Below are positions 60,707-64,000 of a stretch of 64,000 nt of DNA, in pieces. The position numbers and the translations under genes were made by a program. Where the stretch lies: assembly GCA_030694425.1 (NCBI GenBank), contig JAUXYI010000011.1, positions 14,301 to 78,300 on the forward strand, read 5' to 3'. The notes below the pieces were generated by a model that saw only the letters and a list, made by a program, of their open reading frames with translations, did no database searches and was not told the DNA's origin. Each line of letters starts with the position of its first letter. Positions within the stretch are counted from its first letter, which is position 1. The stretch is from Thermodesulfovibrionia bacterium (GTDB lineage: Bacteria > Nitrospirota > Thermodesulfovibrionia > UBA6902 > BMS3Bbin08).

Positions 60707-62374
60707 ATGCCATTCAGCGCGCTTTTAGAAAAAGATTTTATAGGTAGAAATCATGAACTTGAATCTCTTTATGACATTCACTCCGAGGTCAAAAGAGGGA
60801 TAGCTACAAGTATCTTTTTATCGGGACAGCGGGGCATTGGCAAAACCGAACTATTAAAACAATTATTTCAACTTCTCTACTGGAAACAGCATGAGGCTGT
60901 ACCGTTCTTTTATACTGTAAACCCGGCATTTGCTTCAGTATATGATTTTTCTATGGATTATCTAAACAAGTTTATACGCCAATGGCTGTCATTCCAGAAA
61001 AAGGATGTTTCACTTATCCATGCAAACGGCCTCTCCACAGAAAATCTGATGCATCTTGCAGAAAAATCAGATGCGCACTGGGCAGTGGATATTATAGGAA
61101 ACTTCCTTCAGGTAAAGACCTCTGCGGATGCAGCAAAGCTGTTTTTCTCTGCAATTAATACTCCTTACCATAGTTACTTAACCACCGGAATGCCGGTCAT
61201 CGTCATCATAGACAACTTCCAGAAAACAAAAGAATTCTACGGACCTCACTCAGAAAATAACAACAATCTATGGATGCTTTTTGAAGAAGTAATTAAATAC
61301 AGGCAGGCGCCCCACATCCTCACAGGCTCTCAGACAGAACTGCAGGAGATGTTCTTTGAGAAAACTTCAATCGGGGAATCCCTTGAATTTATCAATCTCT
61401 CAGGGATTGATAAGTCTACTTCTTTAAAACTTTTTACCTCATTCTGTAATAGTTACGGTATAGCAGTTGATAGAGAATTATTATCCCCCTTTGCCGACCT
61501 GTTCAACGGCAATCCTTTTTATATTAAAAACTTTATCCAGACATTACGAAAAGAAGGAAAAAATCTGTCTGCGGACGACCTCTGGAATGTATACTTTAAT
61601 GAAATTACAATCGGCAAATTCTACACGTGCTGGATTTCCCAGCTTAGAAAACATATTCCGAGGCTTGAACTCAGAAAGGTTTCCCTTGAGATACTTTACC
61701 ATCTCTGTTCCCGAAAAACCTCTACTGCCCCATCCAATCTTGCAAATATGTTCTTAATAAGCATAAACGACCTGAATGATATAGTAAATATCTTCCAGAC
61801 AGCCGGTATTATAGAGATGAACTTTAGTTCCTTAAAACTTACAGAGGATACGATACTGACCAATGTTATAAAAGGACTTTACAACAAGGAGATTCTCGGA
61901 AATCCGGCAGATAAAATTAAAGAGGCCCTCTTAAAAGAGCGCCATATCGCCGCAGATACGCATGTAAAAACAGTAGAACCCCCGCTATTTGAGATTACAA
62001 TACCTAACATACCCAGGGCAGAATTGATAGCGCTTAATTCCCTTGAACAAATCGCAAAAAGTCAAAATATCTCCCCGGAAACTATCGGACAACTGCAGGT
62101 AGCGTTGGTTGATCTGTTTACAAATATAATGCCTCAGGAAAAAAGTTCCGATGACGGGAATTTTTATCTAAAATTTAAGCCTGATAAAGACAAATTTACA
62201 ATAGAAATAAAGACGCCGTATAAAGAGCTTGCGTCCCTCTCTTCTCCTGACGCTATCCCGGAAAACCAGTTAATTAAGAGATATATAGATGACATAAAAT
62301 TAGAGGAGACAAAAAGCGGAATAAAAATAATACTCACAAAAGAATTGAAAAAAGATACTGTCTCGTCGACTTAG
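60707..62374 (+). CDS. ATPase-like protein: P-loop NTPase N-domain (GQRGIGKTELL) plus C-terminal region resembling GHKL/anti-sigma-kinase fold
   Basis: 555 aa; 23-nt gap after the GGDEF gene, probably co-transcribed. Confidence 0.45.
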   Translation: MPFSALLEKDFIGRNHELESLYDIHSEVKRGIATSIFLSGQRGIGKTELLKQLFQLLYWKQHEAVPFFYTVNPAFASVYDFSMDYLNKFIRQWLSFQKKDVSLIHANGLSTENLMHLAEKSDAHWAVDIIGNFLQVKTSADAAKLFFSAINTPYHSYLTTGMPVIVIIDNFQKTKEFYGPHSENNNNLWMLFEEVIKYRQAPHILTGSQTELQEMFFEKTSIGESLEFINLSGIDKSTSLKLFTSFCNSYGIAVDRELLSPFADLFNGNPFYIKNFIQTLRKEGKNLSADDLWNVYFNEITIGKFYTCWISQLRKHIPRLELRKVSLEILYHLCSRKTSTAPSNLANMFLISINDLNDIVNIFQTAGIIEMNFSSLKLTEDTILTNVIKGLYNKEILGNPADKIKEALLKERHIAADTHVKTVEPPLFEITIPNIPRAELIALNSLEQIAKSQNISPETIGQLQVALVDLFTNIMPQEKSSDDGNFYLKFKPDKDKFTIEIKTPYKELASLSSPDAIPENQLIKRYIDDIKLEETKSGIKIILTKELKKDTVSST

Positions 62375-62376
62375 AA

Positions 62377-63762
62377 TTATTTTGAATGTCTTGTAAGCCT
62401 CAGCAGGTTCAGGATGCGTTTTGCCTCTTCTTCTTTTAGAATGCCCTTTTCTATGACTACCTGCCTGACCGTCTTTCCTGTTTTATACGCCTCGTTAGAA
62501 ATCTCGGCAGCAGATGAATATCCTGTAATCGGATTAAGCGCTGTTGCTAAAGCAAGACTTGCCTCTGCAAATTCCCTGCATCTTTTCACGTCAGCGCTTA
62601 TTCCTCTCAGGCATTTCCCGGTAAAGACATTGATTGCATTTGACAATATCTCAATAGAGAAAAGCAAGTTGTAAGCTATCAGAGGCATCATAACATTAAG
62701 CTCCAGCTGCGAAGCCTGCGCTGCATAAGCAATCGTAGTATCATTTCCAATAACCTGAAAACAGACCATATTCAACATCTCAGCCATAACCGGATTTACT
62801 TTGCCGGGCATTATTGATGAGCCGGGCTGAACTGCAGGCAGCTTAATCTCAGCAAATCCCGTCCTCGGTCCTGAACTTAACAGACGGATATCATTTGCTA
62901 TTTTTATAAGTGTTACAGCTACTCCCCTGAGTGAAGCGCTGATCTCAAGAGCAGGATTTACATTTTGTATGCCTTCAAATAAATTAACAGAACTTTTGAA
63001 TTTAATGCCCGTAATTTTTCTGATTTCCCTGATTGTATAATTTTTAAACTTCGGATGGGCGTTTATCCCTGTGCCGACTGCATTGCCCCCAATAGGTAAA
63101 TGTAACAGGGAAACAGACGCTTTTTGTACTCGGTGTATGTCATTTTTTACTGCAGCAGCATATCCGCTAAATTCCTGTCCTAACCTTATAGGGACAGCAT
63201 CCTGAAGATGCGTCCTGCCTGACTTTACAATCCTGTTAAACTCTCTGGATTTATCAGACAGAGCGCTCTGTAGAACTTTTAAAGCAGGAACAAACCCATC
63301 CTGCACAGCTTCCAGGGCTGAAATATATATAGCAGTGGGGATTGAGTCATTAGTTGACTGCGCCATATTTACATGATCATTCGGGTGAACAAATTTATAA
63401 TCGCCTTTTTTACCGCCGAGGAGTTCAATTGCCCTGTTTGCAATAACTTCATTAGCATTCATATTCTGGGATGTCCCGGCGCCTGCCTGATAAACATCAA
63501 CCACAAAATGATTGTCATGTATTCCCTTAATTACCTCCAGAGCAGCCTTTTCAATAGCCCTGAATCTTTTTTTATCAATAAGGCGTAAAGAGCCATTAGC
63601 CCTGACAGCAGCAAGCTTAATAATCCCCTGTGCCTTTATAAACCGCCTTGGCATTTTAAGCCCGCTTATTGGAAAATTATCAACCGCCCTTTTTGTTTGT
63701 GCGCCGTAGTAAACATTATCAGGCAGATCTACTTTTCCAAGGGTGTCTTTTTCAATCCTCAA
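62377..63762 (-). CDS. aspA: Aspartate ammonia-lyase / class II fumarase family (closest to AspA by motif)
   Basis: GSSIMPGKVNP signature; VDVYQAGAGTSQNMNANEV and HPNDHVNMAQSTND resemble AspA more than FumC. Confidence 0.8.
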   Translation of the reverse strand: MRIEKDTLGKVDLPDNVYYGAQTKRAVDNFPISGLKMPRRFIKAQGIIKLAAVRANGSLRLIDKKRFRAIEKAALEVIKGIHDNHFVVDVYQAGAGTSQNMNANEVIANRAIELLGGKKGDYKFVHPNDHVNMAQSTNDSIPTAIYISALEAVQDGFVPALKVLQSALSDKSREFNRIVKSGRTHLQDAVPIRLGQEFSGYAAAVKNDIHRVQKASVSLLHLPIGGNAVGTGINAHPKFKNYTIREIRKITGIKFKSSVNLFEGIQNVNPALEISASLRGVAVTLIKIANDIRLLSSGPRTGFAEIKLPAVQPGSSIMPGKVNPVMAEMLNMVCFQVIGNDTTIAYAAQASQLELNVMMPLIAYNLLFSIEILSNAINVFTGKCLRGISADVKRCREFAEASLALATALNPITGYSSAAEISNEAYKTGKTVRQVVIEKGILKEEEAKRILNLLRLTRHSK

Positions 63763-63908
63763 CTTTCCGTCTCCTTGTATAAAATAAAAATTAGTTTACC
63801 ACAAATAAATAAAAATTTAGCTCCTTTTATAAAAAACTCCGATATGTACATTACCTAAGCAAAACTTTCTTTGACAGCACTCTAACTACTTGATATAATG
63901 TTCTCAAC

Positions 63909-64000
63909 ATGATTCCTATACAGGAAACAATAATACGCCTTCTCCTCGGTGCAGTTATCGGCGGCATTGTAGGGTTTGAAAGAGAGGTTCACGGAAGGGC
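63909..64000 (+). CDS. MgtC/SapB-family membrane protein, N-terminal part (continues beyond window)
   Basis: MIPIQETIIRLLLGAVIGGIVGFEREVHGR matches the MgtC N-terminal motif. Confidence 0.5.
   Translation, partial: MIPIQETIIRLLLGAVIGGIVGFEREVHGR

Overview
The window looks like a chromosomal segment from an AT-rich, probably anaerobic bacterium. Several blocks of core genes are separated by accessory islets that are dense in toxin-antitoxin (TA) modules and small repeats.

Core blocks:
- cell-division-associated cluster yggS-proC-yggT-divIVA-hisS
- ffh-rpsP-KH-trmD-rplS-rnhB
- trxA-trxB
- bioA
- a complete rnfCDGEAB operon
- rho
- a thi operon (thiH-like, thiS, thiG, thiE, thiC) led by a TPP riboswitch
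- guaB-guaA
- lptF-lptG
- a PEP-CTERM/HAF-repeat protein (implying an exosortase system elsewhere)

Accessory content:
- at least six TA-like modules: three VapBC (one truncated at the window edge), RelE/ParE, HEPN-MNT, and a DUF6516-like/wHTH pair
- a tRNA-Val / tRNA-Asp locus with a 1.7 kb islet bounded by a 49-bp duplicate of the tRNA-Val 3' end
- a truncated DUF4143 ATPase fragment framed by 140-bp direct repeats

The most unusual feature is a repertoire of small repeats present even inside conserved housekeeping ORFs, in frame. Four main families are visible: tandem heptanucleotide arrays, C5/G5 palindromes, GTCATTCC...GGAATGAC MITE-like elements, and an AAAATGCAAAATTAAGG / TTTTGATTTTTGA AT-rich element. 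One of these elements sits inside the TPP riboswitch aptamer. No CRISPR array, rRNA or intact integrase/transposase gene was found. All calls are from reading the sequence and the supplied ORF translations. No database search was run.
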